Assembly (NCBI GenBank): GCA_038496445.1
Contig: JALMLS010000536.1
Location: 63,865 to 127,864, forward strand
Reading direction: 5' to 3'
Length of the DNA stretch: 64,000 bases
Source: Trichosphaerium sp. ATCC 40318
Taxonomy: Eukaryota > Protista > Tubulinea
In this document: positions 1 through 13,705 of the stretch, one piece after another
How positions within the stretch are numbered: the stretch's first letter is position 1
Layout of the letters: each line of letters opens with the position of its first letter
The notes under the pieces: model-generated
The model's database searches: none
What the model was told of the DNA's origin: nothing
What the model saw: only the letters and a program-made list of their open reading frames with translations
Position numbers and translations under genes: made by a program

Positions 1-814
1 GACAGAGGCTTTAACCTTGAATTAAAAGGCGTTGGAGCGTGGAAAACGGAAGGAAACAAAATCATTCTGTATGCCGATTTAGAAAGAGAAAGTAGAGAGG
101 CAGTCAAAAAACTTGCTAAAGATATCAGAGATCACGTTGCTGACGAGATGAAAACAAAGCATGGTATATCGCTACAAGTCAAGGATGACGCCAAACCATT
201 AAATGAGAAGGTTGATGTAACAGAGGATGAGGAAACTCCAAAAGAAGCAAGAACTGGTGCGTTGAACTTTTTTTTTTCTTCATTTTTTGGAAAGTCACGT
301 TGACGAAGAGGTTTAGGAAAGAAAGCTCCAGAAATATTCTGGATGGATGACCCTCAAGCTGATTTATATGTACCACATATTAGTTTATTCAAAGGAGATC
401 CTGAATGGGATAAAAAAATCCGTCAAAGAATTTTAGGTGGAAAACACAATCAATTAAAACCAAAAGCAAAAGGAAAGAAAACAACAGGTGGACAAAGCGG
501 AAAACGTAAGAAAATGACTGGACATAAATCTAAAGATCCTTATGGATGGGATTTTGAGTTGTTCCGTGATGTTAGGAAGGATTTTAAAGGTACAAAAGAC
601 AAAAACTTCTTGACCATAAATTGACTTTTTTGAAGGATTCTCTTTTGGAAAACAGCCTGTCACGTTTGTAGAGTTACAAACAGGTTTCGAAACTGTTGTG
701 AAAGTAGAACTAGGAAATGTTGTAGAGTTTAAGGATAAGAGCCTTTCTTTAACAGATGAGTTTGATGATCTCTCCATTGGAGATGATTACGATGATGAAT
801 ACGAATCTCAATAA
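1..814 (+). CDS. 2H-phosphoesterase (AKAP7/LigT-like) family protein, 5'-truncated by window edge, 2 introns
   Basis: Open frame from base 1. Intron 257-310 joins to YVPHISLF (HxS/T motif). A second intron from ~590 joins to FSFGKQPVTFVEL... TAA at 812-814. Confidence 0.6.
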
Positions 815-980
815 ACACATATTTTGTAACCTCAAAAGATGGATGACAAGGCTCCAGTAGCCCAGCTTTTTTGTGAAGGGTGCACGTGAGGGACAAAATA
901 GATGATTTGATAGCTTTGTATTAGTTCTTTTTACAACGCCTTTTGAGAGTGCAATAAACGTGATTGTTGATACAGTGCCT

Positions 981-2787
981 TTAAAACCAGAAACTTGCTG
1001 AAAAGCAAGGTGATAATGATCTTACATAATGAAAATACCCTTCAGGCATGTACAATATCTCTCCAGGACCGACTATAGCTTCAGTATAACTAACACAAAC
1101 GTTATTTTCTACAAAGAACAAGCTACAAGGTAAGATTTTACATACGTTGCCTTAGAGAACAATGGGTATTTCTCGAGGTCTGGATTCTCAACATTAATTG
1201 GACTAATATTATTCTGTGCTTTAGTGCCTATTAACAACAATTAATATCCAAGCACACGTGAACACAAAGGGGGTTGTGATTTTTCTCATTCCATATGTCA
1301 TTGTTGGTTTTATTTGTTGAACTTACTCGCTGTTTGTGATTTGTCAATGTATAAGTACTTTGCTTGAGAAGGTGCATACAGCCTAATATACTTCCATCCA
1401 GTCACCTAAAATGAGAAAATTAGTGTTTTACGCTGTAAATAACTGTTTTTGTTGAGTACTGACCTGTACGAAGATATTGTCATAGGAATCAAAGTGTAGT
1501 GGTGTTTCAGTACCTGCTGTACCTAGCCATCCGTGTATATGCTCTAAACTACCCAAACTAAAGAAATCCTTAGACTATGGGGCGAATACAATTAAAGTTA
1601 CTATCACCTTGTGTACTGAGGTACTGTAAAATCATTCTATTTATAGAGAATTACTTTTAAAAGTCATTGTGACACTGTACCTTTAATGTTCTCAGCTGAG
1701 TAAACAGGGGATGCTGTGCAACGTATGCTATTTTTTCTGTTTTTTTACCTTCCTTTGAAGCTACATTGCTTGGTACCTGAGCTTACGTTTAAAAACGGAG
1801 CGTTAAAAAAAAAAGATACTAACTAGAAATGTTTTGATGAATTCCTCGAGTGTCATTGTCTCCTCTTTCCAGTCACCACGATTATGTATACCCAACTCTA
1901 CTGGAACTGTGTGAAAGCCGTAATTTTTAGTAAAGTATCTAATGGAAACAAGTTTAGTTAATAATAGCAGGGTGCTTTTTGACATTAGCCCAAAAAAAAT
2001 ACCTAAGATCTTTCCACTCCTTTATTGCTGGCCATTCAACATGTTTAGTTATAACAACAGGTGTTTCAGTTTTCCAAAATTTAGTCTTGAATGCATTACA
2101 ATCAATATTTTCAACTCTTTGAACACCATGTTTTATAGTAGGCGCATTTACAAGAGTCTCACCAAGCTGTTAAAACAATTATGTTAAGAAAATGTGTAAT
2201 AGCTTTACATACCTTGTAGTCATCCTCAGCACCACTCTCATCTATGAAAGAGTATTCATCTAGTAATTTGATTAACACGTATCAATAATAAACAGCATGA
2301 CAAGCAATTACAAACCAGCAAGCAATGTTCAAAGCTAAAGAATTCTGTAACAACATTTTGGATAAAAAAAATACCTTTGATGCAAGGCTCAACAAGGTTC
2401 CTTATAGGATCGATTAGAGACAAAGGTGCGCCCATAATTAGAGCCATATCAACATCGCACATGCTCTCAGCATATTTCTTTTCCAAAAACTGTAATATGT
2501 CAACGCGCGTGCTACATTTCTTTCAAAAAACTTACAGCCAAATGTGCTTTTGCTAGTCTTGCAAATAAATATGCTAAAAAATACTCTGTTAAAACACTAC
2601 AAGTGTTCTTTATGACTCTACCTTCTCGCCAAGCTACATGACTGGCAGTTTTGTCCTTTAGTTTATCCCAAGACGCCTGTTGATTAATTTATTCGTTTGC
2701 TTCGTAATAGATGCGTCGTACGGTTGTAACTAGACTTGAAAGTGCGTATGCCTGCGTGTAATCCTCTTTTGACGCCGCAACGGACAT
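981..2787 (-). CDS. JmjC-domain hydroxylase, JMJD5/KDM8-like, multi-exon
   Basis: Spliced translation gives WREAY...DMALIMGAP, TVPVELG, WLGTAGTETPLHFDSYDN (HxD) and PGEILYMPEGYFHYVRSLSPCFSASFWF*. Confidence 0.85.
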
Positions 2788-3115
2788 TTTTTCCAAATTG
2801 ATTGCTATTTTTTTTGTACTGGTTGTAGCGTTAACGCTGCCATTGGGTAATATTTTCGTACCTTTTAGTGCTGTCTTTGAGAGAATGTAAATCAGCTATC
2901 GCTAAAGACGCTATTAGTATCTCAATATGCGTGATTACGCGTACTTTGCCGTAAAACATTGCGTATAGTTGACAAGTAGCTTTTTAGTGCCTTTTTACCC
3001 TCTGCTGCTAAGGCTTCCATTCGTATTATGCTAGAGGCGTTTAACTGCCGCCATTTGACTCACGAAGAAATTTGTCTGGTATTCAGAAAAAACGCTGTAA
3101 GGGCTTTGGTGCATC

Positions 3116-6100
3116 ATGTCATCTGTTTCTCCAGTATCCCAGGCACTCTTTCAAGGGTTATTACAATACCTACAACCAGACAAGATTGTTGCAAATTTCT
3201 CAACGGTGTTACAGCTCCTACATGACCACCGTATGCTTTTAAGATGCATAAATGACGCAGAAACGAACGACAAGCATACCCGATTAAATGCTCGTACAAT
3301 TCTTGGGATTTGGCTAGACAGGACTGCTAAGCTTATTAACGCGAATGAAGACGCTGTGAAGCTATGCGGACTCTGTTTGCTTTGCGAAACTATAGGCGTA
3401 TCAAATCACGCTAGTTTAGAGCTTATTATAAACAAAAACGTCCCAAAACTACTGTGGAGCAAACAAGTGCTAAAAGTAAGAATTAAGCGTATTTTCTCAA
3501 CTAAATTTCGTTTCTAGAGCGTAAAGGCAGGACAATGTCAAATTGGCGACGCTGCTGTACGTCTTTCATGGCATTTAGAAATTAGGTAACTGACACTGAC
3601 ATTTTTACAAATAGGTAGCTCTCAGTAAACTATTCAAACACGCACAGAACCACCATGATCTTCAACAAACGCTCCGAAAACAAGTAGACCCTGACAGATT
3701 TATTAGCAACTTAATTGCTATTGCCAAGCGTACAAACCATAAGGTATGCGTAACACAGCGTATTTTTTGCGTTTAAGCGCGTTTTAAGCTTCAAATTGCA
3801 TTTTTGTAGTTTGACACAATGCTCACCTTATTTCTAGCGTTGTGCCTTCCGTGCTCTCACAAATTGTATTCGAGTACTGAGAACTAGATTAAACACACGT
3901 CAAGACGCTTTTTATGATGTTTGCTTTGACGGTTTAGCATCTACAGATGAGCAAGTTCAAACTGTTCGTAAATTGTTTTTTGTTGGGTTTTTTAATGACA
4001 TGTTTTAGTATTCTGCTCTTTGTTTGGCGCAGTCTCCACGTAACACCGAAATATGGATACAATTGGTTAAGAGAATATTAACTACAGCAACTGAACTTAT
4101 TGAGGATACACATAAAGCATACACTACTGAAGATTATGGTACAAATTCCTTACAATTCAATCTCTTCCTTGTAACAACAAAACCACGAAATCTTTACCTG
4201 TAACTATTGTTCTATTCATTCTCATTATTACTTAGAAGTCAAATTTAAACTTAAAGCTAGCCAAAGGGCAGCAGCATTACGCGGGTATCTAAGGTAATAT
4301 AAAATGACATTTTCAAACAAAACTAACTTAAGTTTAGAGCTATTCAGATGTGCCTTGGAGAAGTTCGAGAATTCGTTGTTAGTGTTCCTGTGAAGAGCAT
4401 CCTTGATCTCATATATACAGTTCTAGAAGTAGATTTAGACGAAGCTTTCTTGGTACATTTCATTGAACGCACCGAGCTCATCTTACTAATATTGCTGTAG
4501 AATGCCGAGTCTTTGAATGTATCAAAAATTGAACGTATGAGACTTGTACCAGACTTTCATTGTAGCGCCATAGAACTACTACAAGGCGTAATTGTAAAGT
4601 ACGGACAAGGCTTTAAAAACAACAACTTTTACTAATTGTTTTTAAACAAAAAGTTGTCATTCACTCCTATTACCACACATGAAGCAAATAACCCAGCTCA
4701 TAAAAACAAGTCTCACAGAGACAATGAGGTATGTAATATATATTTTACAATCATAGAGCGAGAAATTGCAATGAGAAACAGTCTTTGACCACTTTTTTTC
4801 TTTTTCTTCCTAATTTATTCTTAATTTTTCGATGTAGCTTTACTTTATCAAGTACTGCTCAAAAAACTAGAATTTACAAACTTGTACGCACCATGTACGA
4901 TGTTCTTGGTACTACTGTTGGTATTTTCTTAAATGATGTAATGTTACCTCATATCATGGCCGATTTGGACGCAAATGTCACTAGATCAACAGTTCAATAT
5001 GAACCAGTACGTTTTATGAATACGTTTACTCTGTTTAACGATATTAGGGTCAATCTGGGCGTCGTTGGGGAGAGAAAAAAAAGAAAGTTGCACAATTTAA
5101 TCTGGTATGTAACTATGTCTGTTGTACCTCTAACAGCTTATTAGGGTGTTACTGAGGGACCTTCAACTGTATATACTAGTAAAGAAACATCTGCTAACAA
5201 CAGAACGAGAATACAAGCGCTTAAGCTACTAAGAAACATGCTAACGCATTGTGGAGCTCTAATGGGCAAGGATAAGAAACAAATAGATGTCCTTTTGATT
5301 AAAACATACGTCGGAATGCAGTCACAAGTACCAGACGCTTATAGACGCGAAAAAGTTCGCTTAGAGCTCTACAAGTACGTGCGATTACGCGTTGCCATTA
5401 AACCTGTTTTTGAGCCTTCCAATCACTCACAAGTCTTCTTACAGAGTTCTTAAAGCCAATATGCTTGGCACTTCTGTCCAACACGCACCTACACTTCCTT
5501 ACGCCATCACTATATTTACAGCTGGCTTAAGAGACGCTTCGCCTAAGGTAGGGTTTTTTTATTATGCGTTTCTTATTTTATTCTTATTATTGTACCTAGA
5601 TTCGTCGGTGCTGTAAAGAATCTCTACAAATATGTGAGCGCCTTGCTAGACCTGCTGCACCACCTATGCTACCACTAGTATCTAAACAAGACTACCTCAT
5701 TGAGCCTACCAAAATAATTACAGAAGAGGTCAGAGCTGGTGTAAAAAGGTAAAAAACAAGCCCTTCTTCTAAAGTTTTAAGCTTTTTGACATGACCAACT
5801 TTTTTTTTCAAAATTAACTCGTCTGTAGGGGTGTCGATGACATTTCGTCTAACATAGATGAAGACGATAGTAACGATGAAGTGATTGAGCCTTCACCAGC
5901 AAAGAAAAGAAAAATTGCAAAAGTTGCACCAAAGAAAAAACCACAAAAGAAAACAAAAGCGCCTCCAGTCACTGCAACAAAAAAGAAACAAACAAAAAAA
6001 TCACCAAAAAAAAAAGAAGTTGTAAAAGACGAAGTAGAAGAAGAAACGAATGAAGGACCTCCAAAAAGAAGAAGATCATCTCGACTTGCTAAGTTAAAGA

Positions 6101-6510
6101 AACAAGAGACAAAACCACAACAGAAGGCTCCAACAAAGAAGAGAAAGGTAAAGGATAAATCACCTACAAAGAAAGAAACAACAAAAGCCCAGAATGGAAA
6201 GAAAACGCCTGACAAGAAAAAGAGTGCGTTTTGAATTTTTCCTCTTCCTTGCTTTGTTGTTAACGCTTTTGCTCTTTAGAGCGTTCAAATTCTAAGTCAT
6301 CACCTGTAAAACCTCAAACTTCTAGTTTGTTATTACAAGTTAATGCTGATGGAACAGGAGATAAGGACGAAGACGTAATGGAGTACGCCAAACAAAAAAA
6401 GAAATTTTTGCTGCTCAGTTTCTTAACGTTTGTGTAGTATTGACATCATGCCTTCCATTGATGATTGTGGCCCAGATTCTAGTGATGAAGACGATTTTCT
6501 TGAGCAATAG
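3116..6510 (+). CDS. PELP1/Rix1-like pre-rRNA processing protein, multi-exon
   Basis: Helical N-terminal body, CERLARPAAPPML (cf. Rix1 HPRxPP), K/E-rich low-complexity region, C-terminal MPSIDDCGPDSSDEDD. Confidence 0.7.
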
Positions 6511-6899
6511 TAGGACGTCTATTAGGGGTGATAACATTTATACTGATCGGTAAAAGAATTACTCTTCCAAAAAAAAAGTATTGTACAAAAATAAAACAAA
6601 AAAAAAACCTTAACCTTGAACGTCTTTCACCACAAGTTACTGTCAAGATTCTATGCAGGTAGTTTGCACAAGTACGCGACTTATCCCTTGTACGGGTTTA
6701 CAGTTCAAAAAACTACAACCCTTTGAGAACAAAGCAAAAAAAATCATTTTTGGTGTTATGATCTTACACGACGAATTTTTAAATTGGATTTATGCAAGTG
6801 GTAAGTTGTTCTAGTAGTAACACTGCATAACGTTTGCGGAGGGAAGGGAGAGTACCGTAACAAAAAGAATAAAAAAAATAAAAATGTATTTCACATGTT

Positions 6900-7736
6900 T
6901 TAGTTCGAGATAAGTCCCATGTAATCTTCTCTGATGGTTCCAACTGCAAACTAGAGAAGGTATAAGTTACACGCGTACAATTGAATATACACAATTTAAA
7001 AAGAGCATGTAAAGAGGCGCTAAGGTGATCTTTTAAGCCAACAATAAAACGTACAATTTCGCTTGCATGAAATTGAACACCAATAATCTTAAGACGCACT
7101 GTGCTTCCATGTTCAATTTTAGCACTTTGATCGTTTTTCATGTAGCTGAGTATAATTTATTAGTATACATAAGGTACAACAAAAAAGCATAAAGAGATGA
7201 TTTAAGTGACAAAAAAGCACGTGAAAAAAAAAAGCGAAGAAATTTCAAAAAGTTCGCAAATTTGCTTCAAAGCTTACCAAGGTCCAACTGGATCATATGA
7301 GTAATCTGGTGGTACGTTCTAAATACGTATTAGGCATAAATATTACCTAACGACAAGTACATTGCTGTGGACTAAAATAACCAACGGTCCCGCCTTGGCG
7401 TAAAAGCCTACTTCATCGACGGTAGTTACTTTGGCGTCAATTACTTGGTTTACAAACGGACGAAAGACGATTGCGCTGTATGTAAGATCAAATCGAACCC
7501 AACCGCTCTCAATTACTTTACCAAGAGGTAGAGCCTCTAGGTCTGTGACTATAATGATAAAACCGTGTCTTCCTGCACATGTTCCTTCAACTTCTGTGTC
7601 AAGCGTTTCACGAACCGCACGCTGTAGTTTAGGTCCTTTTTAGAAGTATTAGCGTATAATAACCTACAAAATGCTTACCAAGGTATTTAGGGTGCATTAG
7701 TATCTGCCTCTTTAGTACAATATGAAAGAAACACAT
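6900..7736 (-). CDS. RPB7: RNA polymerase II subunit RPB7
   Basis: MCFFHIVLKRQILMHPKYLGPKL...EVEGTCAGRHGFII...VFRPF...VRLKIIG...AVGTIREDYMGLI across GT-AG introns. Confidence 0.95.
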
Positions 7737-7854
7737 GTTGTACGCCTCGTGGTGCCTTCTAAATACCAAGACGTACACAGAACCAAAAAAGTCTCAACTT
7801 TTCTTCAAAACAGTTTTTTTGTTTTCCTGCAGATTTTTTTAAAAGTGACTGTAA

Positions 7855-9672
7855 ATGATGAAAGGAGTTCATTTAGGGCTTTTAGTGCTCCTTTGTACAT
7901 CGTTGTATGTAACATACGGGAAAAAAGACACAACGAAGGTACAAAAAATGATTTGTTTGTTTTTTATCATCTAACGTATTGGAAAAACAAGAGTAAACTA
8001 CCTCCTGGCGAGAAGCGCTTAAATGACATTAAAAAAATATCAAAACGCTACACTGTTGTAGATTTTACTTCTAGAACATTCCGTCGTCTTGTAGCTAATG
8101 GACCAAGGCCTTATCACACTATTATCTTTTTTTCAAGCAACAGCAGCCAATTTAAATGCCCGTCATGTCAGTACGTAAACAAACACTAGTAGAAAACAGT
8201 ATGATCTACTTGTTAAACTGTTCAAAAAACTGTTTCAAAAACAGACTGTTAAGCGTCTAGACGCGTCGTTGCTTGTTACAATACAATCAACGCGCATATT
8301 ACGTTATCTTCGTCTCTGACACGTCATTCGCTTTTTGTTTCTCACCTGTCTTGCAGGCGACTACACCCTGAATTTGTGAAGCTTGCTGATCTGTATAAAA
8401 ATACAATTTCTGGTGACTGGGATAAAGCAAAAGTGTTTTTCGGTACGTTTTTTTTCATAATAACAACAAATCGAAGATTGCTTTTTATCACATTCTCAAT
8501 ATCATTAATCACGTGATTTGATATTTTTTTTATATTGTTCTGAATAATTGTATAGGTATTGTTGAGTTATCTCAGTGCCAAGAAGTATTCCAGTTGCACA
8601 GGGTATAAACAACAAAAAACTGAGCTTCAAAAAAAAAAAAAAAAGACTTAATTTTTATCTACTCTACAGTTGTATCTTACGCGTTTTTCTTGTAGGAACT
8701 TATACCAGCTCTTCCACAAATAGTACATATACCACCAGAGGAAGACAAGGTAGGTATCCTAATCCACCTGACAAGGAAATGTCATTTTTTTTCTTCAAGT
8801 TTAAAGACGTCTTTAACAATTGTATTACTCAGGTACCTGTATTCTGGACTCAAGGAGATACATATAAAATTGAACCACAAAGCTTATCTGCTGAAACTAT
8901 TGCACAATGGGTTATGGAGCGTACAAAAGAAAGAGTAAGCCTCCTTTTGTTTTATCTTCAGCTTTTTTTTTATTAAGTCATTATTTAAAGATCTTTCTTC
9001 CTCGTACTACATCCCAAACATACGGTTCTTATGCAATGATAATATTTTTTGTCATTATGGTTCTTAGAAGATACGATCTTATTCTGGAATATTATCGTAA
9101 TCCAATGTTCTGGTATGCTTGTGCACTGGTACGTTATTTTGATAATCCTGATTATGGCGTCACAAAGAAAAATAGTGTCAACTCGCAATTTCTCTTCTTG
9201 CGCTTTCAAGACTTGACTAAAATCTGTTTAGCTTGTTTGTATATTTACTAGTGTGGGTACAGTATACAACTGGATACGTACACCACCTCTATTTTGGCGT
9301 GATCCACGTTCTGGTGGTGTTATGTTCATCTACCCTCAAATGCGCTCACAATTCGTTCTAGAGGGTGTCATTGTAACTGTTCTTCGTATCCTTACATTTT
9401 TATCAGCTTATATCGCTTGTATATGCATACAAAGCGATGAAAACGTTTCACCTTTCTCAGATTTTTCTCATTGACTTTTTTTGTTCTTCCTTGACATGAT
9501 TTAAGTCGGTATTTGCTCAGGTAGTTTTATAATGCTCAATGAACGTGTTCCACATGAGATTGGTAATGGAAAGACTGTTACAAGCTATTTAGGATACTTA
9601 ATGACTGTTTTCGGTTCTGCATTTTGTATTCTTTCTTTATTCCGCTTTAAATTCAGAGGATACCCTTATTAA
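7855..9672 (+). CDS. Oligosaccharyltransferase subunit OST3/OST6 (TUSC3/MAGT1 family)
   Basis: Signal peptide, thioredoxin-like CPSC motif, 4 TM segments, SQFVLEG, C-terminal FRFKFRGYPY*. Confidence 0.92.
9386..9505 (+). other. U12-type (minor) GT-AG intron in OST3/6
   Basis: Donor GTATCCTT. Branch TTCCTTGAC about 10 nt before AG. Splicing restores VTVLLGICSG. Confidence 0.9.
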
Positions 9673-10686
9673 AACACATCAAAGAAAAAAAAATCAGTAA
9701 ATGTTTCTTCTCATTGAGGGCATAAAAAATAATTAAAAAAACGTTTTAAACCACGCATACAACATTCACGCCGACTGTTTACGGCTATTGACCTGGGAGC
9801 GAGAATAATACTTATTTGGTGATTAATTTTTGGATATTACCTTGTTTCAAGATCACAGTTTACAATGCTAGGCCTAGCATACCCATTATCTTGTATCACA
9901 GTTTATATTTAGTGAGGGTTCACTTGCAACGGATGGTCTAGTAAAGTTTGCTTGTAGGTCCTCTAATGCTGCCTATTTCGGTTGATTTGCACTACACATT
10001 TTTTCAACATATTTCTTCCTCAAAAAGCGAACTAACAACCTGTGAACAATGTAAGAAAATTCTCAAGGCCTTCCCGAGACCCGAGTATGGTAGGGCCAGC
10101 AAAAAACAATTCAAACTGCTTGCCAAAAAGGCAAGACTGGGAGTGTACATTACAAAACACTGTTAAGCTGTGAAGCTAGGATATGCAAGCGCATACATCA
10201 TAAAAACTCACAAGGTACCGCAATCAAAGGATTGCAACAGGTTAGAGGTGGTTGTGGTACGGTCCTGGTTAAGCCGGCTACAAAAATCTGTAGCCTGTTA
10301 ACCGACGGCTAAGAAATTCAACAAAATCTATAATTGGCTTTTCATTTAAAATTGTGAGATTTTGTGGTGTTGTACCATGGCACCACATGCTTTTTTAAAA
10401 TTCTGCATGCTCTCAACGGCTTTGAAAATCGTTTATGTTTGATACATAGGTCAAAAGCCTAGTATCAAGCAAAAAAAATGCAAAATGGTTGAGCTCCTCT
10501 TCCCTTATTTTTCTTTGCCAGTTTTTCGCCACTCCCAAAAACTTAAACGGCTCACCGGCTCTAAACGAGGTTTGGCTAGCAAAACTAATAATAAGCAAGA
10601 GGAAAACTTGTAATGGAAAGTACACAATGGCTTGGTGATGAACAATGGCAATAGATTGTATACTTGCCTTTTGTGCTGTTGACTAG

Positions 10687-12077
10687 TTAAAAATCAGGCC
10701 AAAAGTATAGAAAGGAGGGAATTTGGCATCCTAGAATGTCTATCATTTCCTTTGTTATTTGAGTATCACTAATCTCAATTTGATCAAGGCTTGTTAAATT
10801 AACAATACCATCATCTGTGATTTGTGAGCAGCCTTCGAGATCAAGTTTCTTAACACCAATAAGACTGTTCACTCCTTTGTCAGTTATAAGCTTACACTCA
10901 CAAAGGCTTATGAATTTAACACCAACCAAGTATTGTAATCCTTTATCCGTCACAGATGTATTATCAAGCAAAATTGTATGTACTCCAGCAAGTGCCTTTA
11001 AAGTACTGTCGTCAACACAATCAAGATATGAAATATTTATGACTTTTACACCTGCCAATTGTTTTATCCCATCATTTGTTAAAGATTTGCACATACCCAA
11101 GTCAATATGGTGTACACCTGCCAAACATGATAGGGTATCATCTTTTAGTTGTGTACAACCGCCAAGCTCTATACGTGGTATACCTGCCAAAAGTTTCAAC
11201 ACATCATTTGATATTTGAGTGCAGCCATCAAGATTAATTTTTTTAATCTTCTTTGTTGTTTGATTTTGTGTCAATAAATACTTTACTCCTTCATCAGTAA
11301 TATTCTTGCAGTCACTGAAAGATATGAAACTTGCATTTGTTAGTGCTTTTACACTGTTATCAGTAATATTGCATCTGTCAAGCTGTATCTTGTGTACACT
11401 ACCTGAAATGGCAATAACACCTTTGTCAGTAATTCTGGCGCAACTGGATACATCAATAGTGTGGACTCCAGAGAGTGCCGAAAGTCCTTTATCTGTTATT
11501 TTTGTCCGCATAACATCAATTGTGTGAATACCACCAAGTTGTTGAAGCCATTCATCTTCTGCATACCCACTTGATATCCTTAGTGTATGAATACCATGAA
11601 GTGATTTAAAACTGCAACTACTTTCTTTTGTATGTAGTTTCAGAGAATGTACACCTGAGATATGTTCTAACATAGCTTCTGTTAACGAAATATTATCCCT
11701 TATATGGAGGTGACGGATACCAGAGATGGTTTTAAAGTCATCATCACTCATTGTAAAATTGCCACGAATAACTATTTTCGTATTTTTTAAAAGAGGACTT
11801 CCGTTTAGTTTGAGTAGATTTTCTCTTGACTTGACAGTCACCTTTAAATACCCCAAATGCTCTAGAATGATCGTAGAAAACAGTTTACAAACAAATGTGG
11901 CAGATATACGGCATTTCTTACCCAACAACGCCAGGATACAAAATATTATTTCTGTTGGCAGATAAACCAATTCTAATGGCCTATGCATATTGTCAGCACA
12001 ATAAACAGGGTTTATGTTTAATTGAGCCATAAACGGCCTAATTAATGTGTGAGAACATACTCTGAAGAACCAAGCAT
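10687..12077 (-). CDS. F-box/leucine-rich-repeat protein (copy 1)
   Basis: Short first exon MLGSSE plus a phase-2 intron. F-box-like LPTEIIFCILALL...VCKLF, followed by cysteine-containing LRRs (GVHTIDVSSCARITDKG). Confidence 0.9.
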
Positions 12078-12983
12078 CGTTTAATCTTGCAAAAGTTGTT
12101 CAAGCAATGGCAGAATAATTTGGAAAGCACATTTAAAAAATTACTGCCTTAATTAAACATGAATAGCCCTTAGTGCCGGTATTTCCTTCGCCCCATAACT
12201 TGTAACATGCAACAATTAAAGGATTTACAAAGCAACATGCGCTATCTTATCCGTAGCTTGTCTACGTCTCATATCAGCGATTTCCCCTTCGGCATGCTCC
12301 TAGTATTGTAGTCAATAACAGTTGTATTTGCAGCAATCTTTCTCTAATGTCTTGGTTGGAAGCCCTCAGTGAGCATTGAATATATCTTGTGCTTGAGCAC
12401 GTGAATCAATTTTAAATGTTTTGAATGGTGGCTAATAAAAGAGAGTTAAGCAAGTGTCCAAGCAAACACAAAACAACAGAAAGCATACCGCTTTGTGATT
12501 TGGGTAGGACCAGAGTAATCTGGATGACACAATATTGGACAAGACTGGAATGGACTTTACCACACAGATAGAATAGAATAGGATAGAGGCGTAAGCAACG
12601 GCTAGGCAATTACGCAATGACTATGATGTACTAGAAAAGTTGTTTGTAGTTTTCTTGTTTGACTGTGAATAAAACAACGATCTTAGGCTTCGTGACCAAG
12701 CAGTCAAGCCAAGAGATAGGCTCTCCTCCAATACGTGTTGTTGTTGTTTTTAAGGAGTCAATGGACGATAGGGACCTAATATAGACTAAAAAACACATCA
12801 TCTTCAACAACGAATTACTACGAGCTGTCTTATTTGTAAACTATTGACTGTAATACTACAATAAATGTTTAATTGTTGCGCTGATAGTTGAGCACATGTA
12901 TAAATTGACAACCAAAACAAGACTTAACATGAGTTGTGACTGTGATCCACAGTGGATTGCGACACTCAAAACAGCTTACTGAA

Positions 12984-13587
12984 ATGGCCGACACACCTGC
13001 TCAATACAAAGCATCTTGTTTTTGCAAGGCTGTACAATTTACTACGATTGGAAAGCCCATATTATCTTGTTATTGCCACTGCACATTATGCCAACGCATC
13101 ACGTGCTCACCCTGTGCATTAGTTGTAAGACACCTTTAGCTTTGTTCCAAGTTTTATTGAACTTTAGGCTATTTACGCTGACAAACAGTTTACTATCACT
13201 AAAGGCGCTGATAATATAGCCTATTTTGATAGCTCAAAAAGATTACAGAGAGGACATTGTAAGACATGCGGAACGCCATGTGCTAATAAAATAAAGGCGG
13301 GAGGTATGTGTTTTGATTTAGAAGTAACCTTAACACAACTAGACGGTAATTTCATGTATTCTGCCCAACTGCCTCTGTTTGATGGTTATGTTGACGGTAA
13401 ACTAGCAAATGTACTGAAACCAAAGGTTCATATCTGTTATGACAATCGTGTTGTTGATATCAAGGACGGTTTGCTAAAGTTGAAGGTACAACTTTTTTTT
13501 TTGATTTTTTGAAAGTTGGCGTTTAACTATGAGACACAGGATATGCCAAAAGAATTTGGTGGTTCTGGAGATATATTTGAACATTAG
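12984..13587 (+). CDS. GFA/CENP-V-family zinc-binding protein
   Basis: CFCKAV, CYCHCTLCQR, HCKTCGTP, PKVHICYDNRVVDIKDGL, DMPKEFGGSG; 3 introns. Confidence 0.9.
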
Positions 13588-13705
13588 CGAGGAATGGGAA
13601 TAAAAAGTAATTTTTTCCGGAAAAAACGAAGAAAACGATGCATCTTTTTTTTTCAGATACATTTTTGTTTCTTTTCGGTTTTATCGCCGTAAACGTTGTG
13701 TGACT

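Noticed and set aside
5814-6215. Antisense ORFs such as 5814-6215(-), 10817-11218(+), 20957-21295(-), 36917-37264(-), 62660-63148(-)
   Set aside because: They are shadows of real coding sequence on the opposite strand.
8751-8832. GTATCCT near a donor in OST3/6 as another U12 intron
   Set aside because: The frame is satisfied by the upstream GTAGGT donor and no U12 branch sequence precedes the AG.
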